A stretch of DNA of 64,000 bases from Malacoraja senta (lineage: Eukaryota): NCBI GenBank assembly GCA_038087875.1, contig CM075993.1, forward strand, positions 10,294,001-10,358,000. Direction: 5' to 3'. The translations under genes and the position numbers were made by a program. How positions within the stretch are numbered: position 1 is the first letter of the stretch; every line of letters begins with the position of its first letter. Shown here piece by piece: positions 36,603 to 48,997 of this stretch. The notes below the pieces were generated by a model. The model was not told where the DNA came from and did no database searches. It saw nothing but the letters and a program-made list of their open reading frames with translations.

Positions 36603-38370
36603 ATGTCCAAGGCCCCTCCTTTCAACATCTCCGCTGATCTCCATACCCCTCCCCCTCACTGTTTCCTCTCCCAGTTTGACCCGGTCACCCCTACTGAAAT
36701 CTCCAAACTCATCAGCTCTTCCAAACCCACTACCTGCTCCCTTGACCCTCTCCCCACTCCCCTGCTGAAGTCCTGCCTCCCTGCTCTCTGCCCCTACCTC
36801 ACTAATCTTTTCAACTCCTCATTGTCCCAAGGAATTGTCCCCTCTGCTTTCAAAACTGCTGCTGTCACGCCAATCTTAAAGAAACCTGGTCTTGATCCCT
36901 CCTCTCTCATTAACTACCGCCCCATCTCAAACCTCCCCTTTCTTTCAAAAACCCTGGAGCGCATCGTCGCGTCACAACTTCATTCCCACCTCCTCGCGTA
37001 TAACCTATTCGAACCCCTCCAATCTGGATTTCGCCCCCTCCATAGCACAGAAACTGCTCTCCTCAAAGTCCTCAATGACCTCCTTACCTCTGCTGACTCT
37101 GGCTCCCTCAATATCCTCATCCTCCTCGACCTGAGTGCAGCCTTCGATACCGTCAACCACAACATCCTGCTCAACAGACTTAGGGACCTTGGCATTGAAG
37201 GTTCTGCACTCAGCTGGTTCCGTTCTTACCTTTCCAACCGATCCCACTTCATCTCTCTCCATAACCACACCTCTGCCACAGCCACTGTCACTCAAGGCGT
37301 TCCCCAAGGCTCCGTTCTTGGTCCCCTCCTCTTCATCATCTACATCCTCCCCCTTGGTCATATACTCCGTCACTTCAACCTGGACTTCCACTGCTATGCT
37401 GATGACACCCAGATCTATCTCAGCACCAAGTCCCCCCACCACCCCCCTCTCTCCCATATCAACTCCTGCCTATCAGCCATCAAATCTTGGATGCAACTCA
37501 ACTTCCTTAAATTAAACAGTAGCAAAACAGAATTTCTCCTCATTGGCTCCAAATCAACACTCACTAAAATTAACAACCCCACTCTCACTATCGACGGCAC
37601 CACTGTCTCCCCATCTCCTCAGGCACGCAACCTTGGCGTGATCCTTGACTCAACCCTCTCCCTTGAGCCTCACATCCGCCATGTTGTCAAAACATCATTT
37701 TTTCACCTCCGCAACATTGCAAAAATCAGATCGTCTCTCACACCCCCCGCTGCTGAAAGACTCATCCATGCCTTCATCTCCTCCCGACTGGACTACTGTA
37801 ACTCTCTTCTTTTCGGAATCAATTCCAGCAGCATCAAACGACTCCAACTGGTCCAAAATGCAGCCGCTCGACTCATTACCCACACCAAATCCTGGCACCA
37901 CATCACCCCAGTTCTCAAAGAACTTCACTGGCTTCCCATTTCCCACCGGATCACCTACAAAATCCTGGTCCTCACCTACAAAGCCCTCAACAACCTGGCC
38001 CCCCCTTATCTCATTGACCTCCTCTCCCCCTACCAACCCTCACGGTCCCTCAGATCCACATCAGCTGGTCTCCTCTCCACTCCGAAATCAAACCTCTGCA
38101 CTTTTGGAGGCAGAGCCTTCTCCAGGGCAGCTCCCAGGCTCTGGAATTCCCTCCCACAACCGGTCCGAAATTCTGAGTCCCTCACCATCTTCCAGTCCCG
38201 CCTCAAGACCCATCTCTTCACCTCTGCATACCCTTAGTCCCATGTTCCCCCCCCCCTCTGTCTTACTGCTCTATTTTGTTTTGTTTATTCCTGACTCTCA
38301 ATTGTAAAGCGACTTTGAGTCCTGAAAAGCGCTATATAAATAAAATCTATTATTATTATTATTATTATTT
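36603..38370 (+). mobile_element. Young 5'-truncated L2 LINE with uninterrupted 544-codon RT frame (36603-38237) and (TAT)n tail
   Basis: [58 protein letters not shown] and RAFSRAAPRLWNSLP. AATAAA at 38339-38344. Confidence 0.95.
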
Positions 38371-38959
38371 GCGTAATGCTCATAAAAACTATTTGTTTTT
38401 CTCTTTTCCCTCTTTCTCTTTCTTCTCCTTTTCTAGGGTCCATTTCTTAACTCTTTTTCTTTTGTTTTTAATTTTGTTCTTATAGGATCTTTGTTCTTTC
38501 TTGTTGTCACATTTTCTACACTTTCACTTTTTCCTTCACTTTCTTCTTTCTCTCAATCTCATCCTTTCCCTTTTCTAGTGTAAAAAACAAACGGAGTACA
38601 TTAATTGTAAGAAGATATAAGTGATGAGTACTAATGTATGTGGTTGTAATGTAATGTACTTCTAATAAATAAAAAATGTAAAAAAATAAAAAATTATGGG
38701 CTGCTGAGACAATAGGAATCAGTCCAGCATTTACAAATAAAGGCATGGCCAGCCCTGTGGACCTCTGACAAATTTCAGTTGCTTGTAAGTTATAAAATGT
38801 ATAAAAGTCATGCGTAATAAATTCCTGTTCATGTTCCTGCATTTGCTTCCCTTGGCAAAGCCTTTTTATTCTCAATAGTAATCAACATTTTTAGCAGAAA
38901 ATAGAATATAAAAGGGAACAAGTATTTAAATAGAACAAACTATTAAAACGTTTGAGTCT

Positions 38960-39330
38960 TGGGCAGTGGGCAGGTGCTATAGACCTGCACGGGAAGATAG
39001 ACACTCCCGCTCCCACGAGTCACGGACAGATGGGGCTTGTCAGCCTGGGAAGCCAGTCCATCTAGGAGAGGGAAAACTCTGATTTAAAACCTCCAGTGCC
39101 TTGTGGCCATATCCAGTCATGGAAAAGGCTCCAGGAGTAATCCTCAAGAAAATCCTGAGTCAAAGCCCCTAAGGCAGTTTGTCGATGTCTACAACCTCGC
39201 TCTGGCAGCTCCTGCGACGGCGCTGGTGCCAAACTGTAACGCAGGGCTCGAAATTAGCAGTTGCCCGGGTGCCATTGACCACAGAAAGTGCCCCCGGGCA
39301 ACCTAAACGCCAACTCATTTTGCCCGGCTT
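38960..39330 (+). mobile_element. Probable RTE/Expander-type 5' UTR fragment
   Basis: Motif CTAGGAGAGGGAAAACTCTGATTTAAAACC recognised from RTE/Expander 5' regions. No ORF. Confidence 0.4.
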
Positions 39331-39557
39331 GGCACCCAAATACTGGTTTATACCGGTAGATGCAAAAAACTGGAGTAACTCCGCGGGTCAGGCAGCATCT
39401 CCGGCGAATAGGAACGGACGTTTCGTGTCGGCGGCGGCTGTATTCCTCTAGTATCTTTGATTGCGGGTCAAAGATACTGGGTGCGTGATGAGGAAGGGTC
39501 GGGGCGAATGACGGGCCCCGAACAGCGGCTCCACCGCCTCCTCCTCCCGCTCCCGCC

Positions 39558-39775
39558 CGGCGGAAGGAGGCCTCCCTCTCCCTTCCCCCCCTCCTCCCGA
39601 CCTCGGCGTGCGAGAGGGGTTGGTTTGAAAGCGCCTTTTGCGGAATTGCCATCAGCGGCTCCTATCGCCTTGATAACGGTCGCTGCTTGCAACTCCGCTA
39701 ACGGCGCTTTCAAACCAACCCCTCTCGCACGCCGAGGCCGGGAGGAGGGAGGGAGGTGGAGGCCTCCTTCCGCCG
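39558..39775. repeat. 218-bp GC-rich imperfect palindrome
   Basis: CGGCGGAAGGAGGCCTCC..CTCGGCGTGCGAGAGGGGTTGGTTTGAAAGCGCC is mirrored by GGCGCTTTCAAACCAACCCCTCTCGCACGCCGAG..GGAGGCCTCCTTCCGCCG. Confidence 0.9.
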
Positions 39776-39854
39776 TCTGAAGCAAAGATATATAATCTTT
39801 GGTCTGAAGCAGCTGCACCAAAGATCCTACAGCTATAGGATCTTTGAGCTGCAC
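39775..39854. mobile_element. Two tiny CAAAG..CTTTG palindromes, each flanked by an 8-bp direct repeat (P-element-like excision footprints)
   Basis: GTCTGAAG|CAAAGATATATAATCTTTG|GTCTGAAG and AGCTGCAC|CAAAGATCCTACAGCTATAGGATCTTTG|AGCTGCAC. Confidence 0.6.
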
Positions 39855-39993
39855 CGCTCCTTCCTGTCGGCTGGCGGAGGAGGGGAGGCGGCGGCACTTT
39901 GGCGTTGGACAGGGACGGCCAAGGCAGCTGGGCGATGTTGTCCGAGGAGCGCTGACCTTCCTTCCTCCCCACCTCCTCTGCCCCCTTCCCCCC

Positions 39994-39999
<6 letters not shown>

Positions 40000-40047
<48 letters not shown>
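40000..40047. repeat. (CT)n microsatellite
   Basis: Direct reading. Confidence 0.95.
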
Positions 40048-40053
<6 letters not shown>

Positions 40054-40084
40054 TCCCACCCCTCTTATCCTGGGACCCCTCCTC

Positions 40085-40700
40085 TCCATCCTGCACTGAT
40101 CCCCATTCCTCTATTCAGTCCTCACTGACATCCCCTGTGCTCCCCTCCCCATCTACCTCCCCCAATCTATTCATCACCCTACCCACCTCGCATTGATTCT
40201 CCTGCCACCCCCCCTCCCATCCATCCTACACTTGTCCCCCAATTCATCCTGTACTGACCCCCCTTCCCATCCATCCTGCACATCTCCCCCCATTCATACT
40301 GCACTGATCCTCCCATTCATCCAGTACTGACCCACCCTCCATTTACCCTGCACCAATCCCCCCCATCCATCCTGTAGTGATCTCCACATTCATCTTTTAC
40401 TGAAAACCCATTCATCCTGCACTGATCCCCTCATTCATCCTGTAGTGATCCCCCATTCATCCTGCATAGACCCTCCGATCCACACTGTCCTGACCCCCCC
40501 CCATTCATCCTGTATTGATCCCCCCATTCATCCTGTACTGAGCCCCCCCATCCATCCTGTACTGATCCCCCCATTCAAGAAGAATGGGGGGAACAGTCTG
40601 AAGAAGGGTCTCGACCCGAAACATTGCCTATTTCCTTAGCTCCATAGATGCTGATCCCCCCCCATCCATCCCATACTGATCCTCCCATTCAACACCACTG
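40085..40700. repeat. Degenerate minisatellite, unit about 21-26 bp (CCCCCATTCATCCTGTACTGAT)
   Basis: About 20 head-to-tail diverged copies with no unique spacers. Confidence 0.85.
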
Positions 40701-41498
40701 ACATCCCCCGTGCTCTCCCCTCACAATTTTACATACTCCAACCAACACGTACTAATTCACCTGCCTCAATCCATCCATTACGCACCGATTGCCTTCTCAA
40801 CCCCCGCCCCCCCCCCCCCTGCCATCTATCCACCCCGCACTGATTCACACACCCCCTGACCCTATTGTGCTTCATGGTCTTCAGAGCGAACATTGATTAT
40901 GTTTGATAACGGAATGTAATCAAATGTGTTTTAATTCCCAATGATATTATTTGTTTTGACACTTTTAAACATATTACCAAAAGAACATTTGCTGCAGTTA
41001 TGTCCTTTGGCCATCTCTTGTCAGTTAGTGTAATGTTTAACCTGTCAGATGGGGATAGTCGGTTTTAACAGCTATTATCATAAAATGCCTTTAGAAATGT
41101 CCTTGCAACCTGTATATTTTGTTATGGATAAATTATGTGGGAAGCCAGAGTGTTTCTGTGCCAATAGCAATAACGACCCATGCTATGGCCATGTCATGGT
41201 AATTTTCGGTCCTTCACAGAAAACATGCTTGCATCAATCTGTAGTGTGTATGGTTAAGCATATATGTTACCATGGTCTAGGATTTATTGATGCAGGTTGA
41301 TCATATGCTGAATAATCCAACCACATTTTTGTTTGGAAGTGGAAAGAACTAATAGAAATTGCATTAATTGCAATGTGTAAAAGGAGTTGAGATATTGTAT
41401 TATAATTTTTGCTGCATGTCATTGTGGTATATATCATGTCTTGATTGGTGAATATGTTTAGTTTGTGAGTTATTTGAAGCAGAAATAATATGTGAATG

Positions 41499-41687
41499 TA
41501 GACAAAAGTGCTGGAGAAACTCAGTGGATGCGGCAGCATCTGGGCCAAAACCCTTCTTCAGACTGATGGGTTTCGGCCTGAAACGTTGCCTATTTCCTTC
41601 GCTCCATAGATGCTGCTGCACCCGCTGAGTTTCTCCAGCACTTTTGTCTACCTTCGATTTTCCAGCATCTGCAGTTCCTTCTTGAAC
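41499..41687. mobile_element. Palindromic Penelope-derived mini-element with perfect 14-bp TSD
   Basis: ATAATATGTGAATG at 41485-41498 and 41688-41701. Confidence 0.8.
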
Positions 41688-42343
41688 ATAATATGTGAAT
41701 GCTTCATTGAGCATAATTCCGACTGGTAACTACGCACTTCGTCCGAGCACATACAATACAATTTATTTGTCTTTTGGACAAATTTGTCATTTGGACCCCG
41801 TTGAGGTCCAAACGAAATGTCGTTTCTGCAGCCATACATTACAAAACGAAGAAGACCCGAGACACAACACAATTTACACATACATCCATCACATACATCC
41901 ATCACAGCGCTGTGATGGAAGGCAAAAAACGTATCTCTCCACTGCACTGCACTCCCCCCCCCCCCCCCCCCCCCGAAGTCAGAGTCAAAGTCAAAGCCCC
42001 TGGCGGGCGATGGTGATTATCCCGCGGCCATTAAAGCCACGCCGGTTAATGCAAGGTCGCGCACCGGGTCTTGGCATTATCGCACACGTCATGCAAACCA
42101 TCTTCGATGACCACCTAAACTGTCATTTGGCAACCTAAAAAGCTGTCAAGGTTGCCCGGCTGGCAACAGGGAAAAAAAGTTAAGCGAGAGCCCTGTAACG
42201 GCTCTGCTGTTCCTTTGAATCGATCAGCGATGTGGAGAGGGGGGACGTGCTGCATGGGCAACAGCCTGTCCTCCATGTGACATCGCCCAGGCTTGCATCC
42301 GGCCAGGATGCATCACCCATGGTCAGTCATGACCAAGAGGAGC

Positions 42344-42390
42344 CTACTGCTACTACTACTACTGCTACTACTACTACTACTGCTACTACT
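42344..42390. repeat. (TAC/TGC)n microsatellite
   Basis: Direct reading. Confidence 0.9.
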
Positions 42391-43861
42391 GACTCTTTTG
42401 AAAGCAAAAGCAGGCAAACTTATAATGGCAAAGTTATTAAACTATCTTAAAACTAAAAGATACAATTACATAGTGACAGTGATGGTGAATAAAACTCTGA
42501 TAAGAACAAGGATCTTCAAAAGTTGACGTTGGTAAAGAAAATGTACTTGAAACATTTAATGAGATTAAAATGTGATATCTAGTCCTGAAGTAGGATTTCC
42601 TAATGTTTTAAATATTGACGGCAGTAATGGTAGATTGTTTTTGACTTTGTAAAATACACTTTATTCAAGGGCAAAGTCCTTGAATTGATGAAAGGGAAGA
42701 TTGGTAACAGTAGGCCAGTTGAAGGTAAAATTAACGTAGATTGCTTTTTGACTGGGCAGCATCACCACAAATTTATGAGGCAGTTGTAAATTGAGTTGGT
42801 AGGCTGCAATTAGAGGGATATTGCAATGATAAGTGCTTGGCTTCATTTTTTTTTTATAGTAATCAATGACTTGGATGAGGAGGCAGAGTGTAATGTATCC
42901 AATTTGAAAAGCTAAATGGGAAGGTAAGCTGTGAGTTAAAATGAATTTATGGACAAGATGTACCAGTATGATTGTAATATTAATTATCTGGAACCATATC
43001 AAGATGAATAGAAAAGTTTTTTTTAATTGTCGGGGACAAGTGAATATTGTCAATGTACATGAAACATAAAGTTGAAATGTAGGTGCAATCAATTTGGAAC
43101 AATGTTTTGTAGGTTGTTGCAAGGAACCTTGTACAAGATGAATGATGTCTGCAATTACATTTAATTTTGTTGAAAACACACGATGCGCTTTGTACAATGT
43201 TGAAATAATATGCTTGTTTTAGGTGAACATTCTTGGGAGTTCAGAAGTTTACTAAATTAATTCTGTAAAAGGGCAGATAACATGAGAAAATTGTGGATGG
43301 AATACCTAAGCCTAGATACCTTAGGATTTGGAGGTATGGATGGTTATCTATTTTAGATGTTTTAAGGTTATTAGAAGCCTTCTAAATGTAGAAATGATAG
43401 ATTGCTTCATGTTGGCTTGATAGAGTTGGCTTGAGCTCGGGGTCAATCTCAGGATATGCGATGGGTTATTTAGGACAGATGAAAATAGTTCATCATTCAG
43501 ACCATGTGCATTTATGGAATTCTCTAGTCAGATGGCTGTGGATGTTTAGACTGGGAATTTCTTAGAGGGAATATAATGAAAGACAGGAGATCTTTGAGTG
43601 GTGAATGATTAAATAACTTGACATTTTTAAATCCCTTTTGTTTAGCTGTCCAAAATCTTATGTTGTTCTTGACCCACTGCTGCTTCTCCATTTAATCGCT
43701 TACTGTCTCATTACCATTTTTAAAAAGATAGAAAAATGGGCTTATCTATAATTAGACCTTTTGTAATTTCAGGATTGTTCAAAGTATTTTGCAGCCTATT
43801 TAATGCTTTTTGATTATTCTGAAATTAAACACATTACCCCTACTAAAGTTTCATTGGTAAG

Positions 43862-44150
43862 GAACAGCGGCGCAACTAGTCGAGCTACAGCCTCACAGCT
43901 CCAGTGATCTAGATTCACTCATAACCTCCGGGACTGTCTGTGTGGGGTTTGCAAGTTCTCTCTGACTGCATGGGGTTTCTCCCATTATCCTAAGGATGGG
44001 CAGGTCAGTAGGTTAAATTGTCCCCTGTGTGTAAATTAGTGGAAGAATCTGGGGGGGGCTTCTTGGAATGCTGAAAAGAAAATGGGATGAGTCCAAATAG
44101 GTGCTTGCTGGTGGGACAAAGGATCCGTTTCAGTGTTATCTGCTGTGAGG
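43862..44150 (+). mobile_element. Degenerate tRNA-derived SINE
   Basis: Diverged copy of the 23514 SINE (..GCTACAGCCTCACAGCTCCAG..CTGTCTGTGTGGGGTTTGCAAGTTCTC). Confidence 0.55.
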
Positions 44151-44564
44151 CCATATCTTCCCCTCAATTAATTCTCATCTTCCATTTCCAACACCAAGTG
44201 ATTCTTGACCTACCCAACAATTCACTACCACATCATCTTTGATCCTCTTAGTTGAGAGGAATCCTCTGGTTCTGCTTTCCTACTCTTTTCCCACAGTTGC
44301 ATCCCATTACTATTAACAGTGGTTACAAATCCCTTCCTTGCAATAATTTATTAATTTCTCACTATTCTTAGTGGACGGTCCACAGTTCCAAGAAACCACC
44401 CCCTATTATTGAAGATAATATGCTGATTCAATGCAACCAAATCCAGGCAAGAAAATCCTTTCATTGCTGTAATCCAATTATCGATGATTTCTGATTTTAA
44501 TGAAGTAATAACTGTCCACTTGAAACAGTGGGATGAATATTGAGATGTCATGTAATGAACAGCC

Positions 44565-45420
44565 CTGCCAGCGGCGTGTTAGTTTCTTCTTTTTTTTTGG
44601 TGTTTTTTTTCGTGTTTCTTACTGTGTGTTTTTAATGTTTCTCTGTGTGTCTTGTGTGGGGGGGGTAAGGGGGAAACCGCTTCGGTCGCCTCCTCCACGG
44701 AGAGGCGACTTTTTCCACATCGCCTCCCCCGTGGCCCAACAGCAAGGATCGATGCGGCCTTTCCCGGAGACGCGCACGGGGCTTCAGCAGCCGGAGCAGC
44801 GAGGACTCTTTCGACGCGGAGCGGGCGAGCCCTCGCCGGAGGGGAGCGCTCCATTCGCTGGCCCGCGGCAGCCTGAAGCCGCGGTCTGCAGAGCTCCAGC
44901 TGGCGCCGTCCTGGGCCTGGGATCCCTCGTTGGGGACCCGAGAGGAGAAGAGCTCTGACCACCGGCTCTCGGCCAACTTCTACCGCAGGCACGCCGTGGA
45001 CTTACCATCCTGAGCGGGGTCCCTCGCCGGGGATCCCTGGAGAGGAGCTCTGACCACCGGCCCTGCAGTCTGCGGTGCTTCTTGCTGCGGCGCGGCGGGG
45101 ACTTTAAATCTTTGACCGCCGGTCTGCGGCCTACACTAACTTGAAGCCGTGGTCTCCGGTGGGGAGGCACCGATTCAGGGCTTATCTGGACTTACCTTGT
45201 CTGAACATCTGGACTGCGGAGGGTTGAGGTCCAGACCACGGGGGAAAATGGAGGAGGACTGGCCAATTTTTGTGCCTTCCACCACAGTGATGAATGCTGT
45301 GGTGGATGTTTGTGTACATTTTTATTGTGTATTGTGTGTATTTTTTATTGTACCGCTGCTGGCAAATTCATTTCACTTGCACTTTATGTGCAAGTGACGA
45401 ATAACACTTGACTTGACTTG
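44565..45420 (+). mobile_element. GC-rich non-autonomous retroposon with Rex-like (CTTGA)n tail
   Basis: Internal repeat GAGCTCTGACCACCGGC twice. Tail GACGAATAACACTTGACTTGACTTG. A related piece lies on the minus strand at about 41710-42075. Confidence 0.5.
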
Positions 45421-46128
45421 AAATACAGTCTTTTAAAATTAGGAATTCTCCAAGAAAATACTTTGTGTCAATGGTTTAAAGCTCTGTTAAAGTTTGATTT
45501 AAAAGTAGTCTGTGGTAATCTGATATAATCAGTGTCTGTTTTACCAGAGCAGATGAGCATGCATTCCAGTAGAAAAGTTATGTAAATGGCAAGATGGTGC
45601 CATGTTCTGTTAAATTGTAATTACTAACTCAATAGAGCATCAGGTCATTCAGACGCAAGAAAACTGGAATGTTCTTGGGTCTCGGTTTGAAGAGGACACA
45701 TAGTACTTTAAAGATGTTTCTGTGCCAAATGGGAACATTTGAAGCACGGGCCAACCCAACATTCAACGGGTTTAAACCAAGGATGTGGGAAGTGTAAAGT
45801 GGAGGGAGAATAGAAGTGAGAACAGGAATAGTTTGAAACTGGATGTGGGGACTGGATGTGTGGACAATTGATAGTGGGACTCGCGGGGGGGGGGGGGGGG
45901 GAAGCATCAGCATTAAGGAGAGAAACTAGTGTTGGATAGAAGAAGCCTTTATAGTAGGATCACTGGCAGGACTCCCATATACCTGATTGGAGACCTTTTG
46001 AACTATCTTTAATTCGACTTTATCAGACATTGCACTGAATATTGTACCCTTTATTTGTGCACTGTGTATGTTTATGTATAGTCTTTATACTGGATAGCAT
46101 GCAAACAAAAGCTTATCGCTGTACCTCA

Positions 46129-46818
46129 AGGGCCTGTCCTTGCGTGTCCTTGGCACGCAAATTACACAACCTCGTGGTCGCGTAGAGGCGCACGGGCATA
46201 GTAAGGCTGCATGGGCCCGGTCCCACAGAGAAGCACGGAGGGGTATGTAGTTGTGCGCGACATCGCGCGGGGCTCCGAAAATTTAGTAGTGAACGAAATC
46301 TTCGCTCGCAAACAGCCTGTCGCGTAACTGACGGCCAAAGTGGGACAGGCCCAAGACCCTGGCGCGACGCAACGTCTCACCTCCAACAGCAGAAGCAGGT
46401 AAACGATCACCGAGCTCGGCCTGGGGCTCACGGCCGTTGCGGATCCGGATCCGCCCCCACTTCTACTCCCAGAGCGGGGCCAAGAAAATTGAAGATGGAC
46501 CCAAAATGCAGGAGTAACTCAGCAGGACCGGCAGCATCTCTGGAGAGAAGCAATGGGTGACGTTTCGGGTCAAGACCCTTCTTTTGAGACTGAAGAAGAG
46601 TCTCGACACAAAACGTCACCCATTGCTTCTCTCCAGAGATGCTGCCTGTCCTGCTGAGTTACTCCAGCTTTGTGTCCATCTTCAAATGACGTCACGCGTT
46701 CCAGATGGCTGTGCGTATGCATGAAATTGCGCGCGACCTTCGCAGGACCGTCGCGGCGCAACGCGACCACGAGGTCGCGTAATTTGCGTGCCAAGGACAC
46801 GTAAGTGGGACAGGCCCT
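46129..46818. mobile_element. PIF/Harbinger-type MITE with nested Penelope palindrome (about 46490-46685)
   Basis: TIRs AGGGCCTGTCC..TTGCGTGTCCTTGGCACGCAAATTAC and GTAATTTGCGTGCCAAGGACACGTAAGTGGGACAGGCCCT. Flanks TCA and TAA. Confidence 0.75.
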
Positions 46819-47389
46819 TAAGTACTCGTGACAATAATAAACTAAACCCCTCTGGATCCATTATTCTACCTGCTATCTCCCCAGTCTTGATGAAGGGCTG
46901 TGACCTGAAACAGTGTCTCTATTTCCCCAGATGCTGACTGACCTCCAGCAGGTTGTCTTTTGCTCTCCTTTTATGCCTTTTCCTTTCTGCCCTCCCCCCC
47001 CACCCTCCCCAACCTTCTTTAAAGAGTAATTCAAAATACATGTTTGAGTATCTCTGTCATTTGCTTACCCACATTATTAATTGTTTTGCTCTTCTAAGGG
47101 ATAAATATTTATTTCACTCTTCCTTATAAAATTAACAGGAAAGCTCTTGCAATTCATTTAGTTTCCTTGTTGGCTTGCTCTAGTTGTAATTGTTCTGTCT
47201 TTATCAGACCTTGTTGATAAACTTTATAGATCTCTCATAGTCTCCATATACAGGGGCCTGCCATTATTCTTCACAGTCCAATACCTAATCTCTGCCATAA
47301 TAAACTTAATTAGTAAGTGTGTTAGGAATGCATACCAAAGAAGATGATAGGAGTATTCCCCAACCGGAAACCTTGGATGAGCCATGAGG

Positions 47390-48230
47390 TCCGTGCCCGA
47401 GTGAAGTCCAAATCTGCAGTATCCAGGCAAATGATCCCAAGCGGTGCAAGAAATCTTATTACGAGCTTTACAGAGCCATCAAGGATGCCAAGAGAGAATT
47501 CTGGTCCAAGCTAGAGTCTCAGAATAACCATGCAGACATCCGTCATTTGTGGCAATGAGCTCCAGAGTGAAGTTGGGCAGTACAGCTAGCAATAACCCAT
47601 CACTCCTTGACAAGCGAGATGGATTCTATGCACACTTTGAACAGGTCGGTGGAATGATGTCATCCACCCTATCAGCCTTCGGTGCATCAGTATCCAAGGT
47701 AACTGTTGCAGATATCAGATTGGCCTTCCTGAGAGTGAACCACTGGAAAGCCATTGGCCCAGAGGGAGCTTCAGCTGTGTCCTTGGCATCTGTGCAGATC
47801 AGCTGGCAGGAGTATTCACAGACATCTTAAACCTCTCTCTACTCCACTCTGAAGTTCCCATCTACTTTAAGAGGACAAGTAACATTTCAGTGCCAAAGGA
47901 AAGCAAGTCATTGTGCCAAAATTACTACCATCAAGTAGTTCTAACTCCCATCATCATGATGTACTTTCTGAGGCTGGTTATGGAGGATTTAATCCTGCCT
48001 CCCAAAGAGTCTTCAGTTCACCTACCATTGCAACAGGTCCAATGCCTGCACCATTTCCCTGCGCGTACACTCATCCCTGGAACATGGATAGCAAGGTCAC
48101 TTCATGTTTATTGACTATAGCTTTGCCTTCAACACTAATCTCAACCAAACTCATTTCGAAACCTGGATCTAGAACTCAGCACCTGTAAATGGATCTTAGT
48201 CTTCTTGACCCATAGAACATAATCAGTGAG
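47390..48230 (+). mobile_element. Old Rex1/Babar LINE fragment
   Basis: [47 protein letters not shown]. Confidence 0.7.
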
Positions 48231-48237
48231 GAAATTC

Positions 48238-48647
48238 TCAACACCATGGTGGGGGTGTTATGGCCTGGGCATGTATGGTTACTGAAGGTACTGGCTCACT
48301 TATCTTCATTGATGATACAACTGCTGATGGTAGTAGCATAATGAATTCTGAAATGTATAGACACATCCTATCTGCTCAAGTTCAAACAAATGCCTCAAAA
48401 CTCATTGGCTGGCAGTTCATTCTACAGCAAGACAATGATCCCAAACATATTGCTAAAGCAACAAAGGAGTTTTTCAAAACTAAAAAATGGTCAATTCTTG
48501 AGTGGCAAAGTCAATCACCTGATCTGAACCCAATTGAGCATGCCTTTTATATGCTGAAGAGAAAACTGAAGGGGACCAAAACAAAACAAGCATAAGCTAA
48601 AGATGGCTGCAATACAGGCCTGGCAGAGCATCACCAGAGAAGAGACC
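48238..48647 (+). pseudogene. Tc1 transposase C-terminal (DDE) fragment
   Basis: QQDNDPKH...WQSQSPDLNPIEH in ORF 48260..48595. Confidence 0.9.
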
Positions 48648-48648
48648 A

Positions 48649-48732
48649 TTTTAACTATTACCCCCAATCTAGGCAGACTGCTTGAATTGCAAACTTCAAG
48701 CAGTCTGCCTAGATTGGGGGTAATAGTTAAAA
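48649..48732. repeat. Perfect 38-bp inverted repeat with 8-nt loop
   Basis: TTTTAACTATTACCCCCAATCTAGGCAGACTGCTTGAA-TTGCAAAC-TTCAAGCAGTCTGCCTAGATTGGGGGTAATAGTTAAAA. Confidence 0.95.
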
Positions 48733-48997
48733 GAAGAGGTTGGACAAACTTGGATTGTTTTTCCTGAAGCTTTGGAGGTTAAGGGGAGACCTGATTGGAG
48801 TTCATAAAATTCTGAGAGGCATAGATATAGTAGACAGTTGAAACCTTTTTTCCAGGGTAGAAATATCATAGAGGGCATAGCTTTAAGCTCAGTGGGGGAA
48901 AGTTTAAAGGAGATATGTAGAACGTTTTTTTTTACATAGAGTGGTGGGTGCCTGAAACACGCTGCCACTGTGGATGTAGATACTATAGTGGAATAGC

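Noticed and set aside
38960..39330. HDV-like ribozyme in the RTE-type 5' fragment
   Set aside because: Could not assign consistent P1/P2/P3 pairings by eye.
40085..40700. CRISPR-like periodic array
   Set aside because: Head-to-tail degenerate minisatellite with no unique spacers, no cas genes and a eukaryotic context.
42661..43197. 178-aa minus-strand ORF
   Set aside because: Antisense frame over a highly degenerate CR1 remnant.
44565..45260. Second CpG-island promoter or GC-rich ORFs
   Set aside because: CpG richness is confined to a repeat with a retroposon tail; the ORFs have no recognisable motifs.
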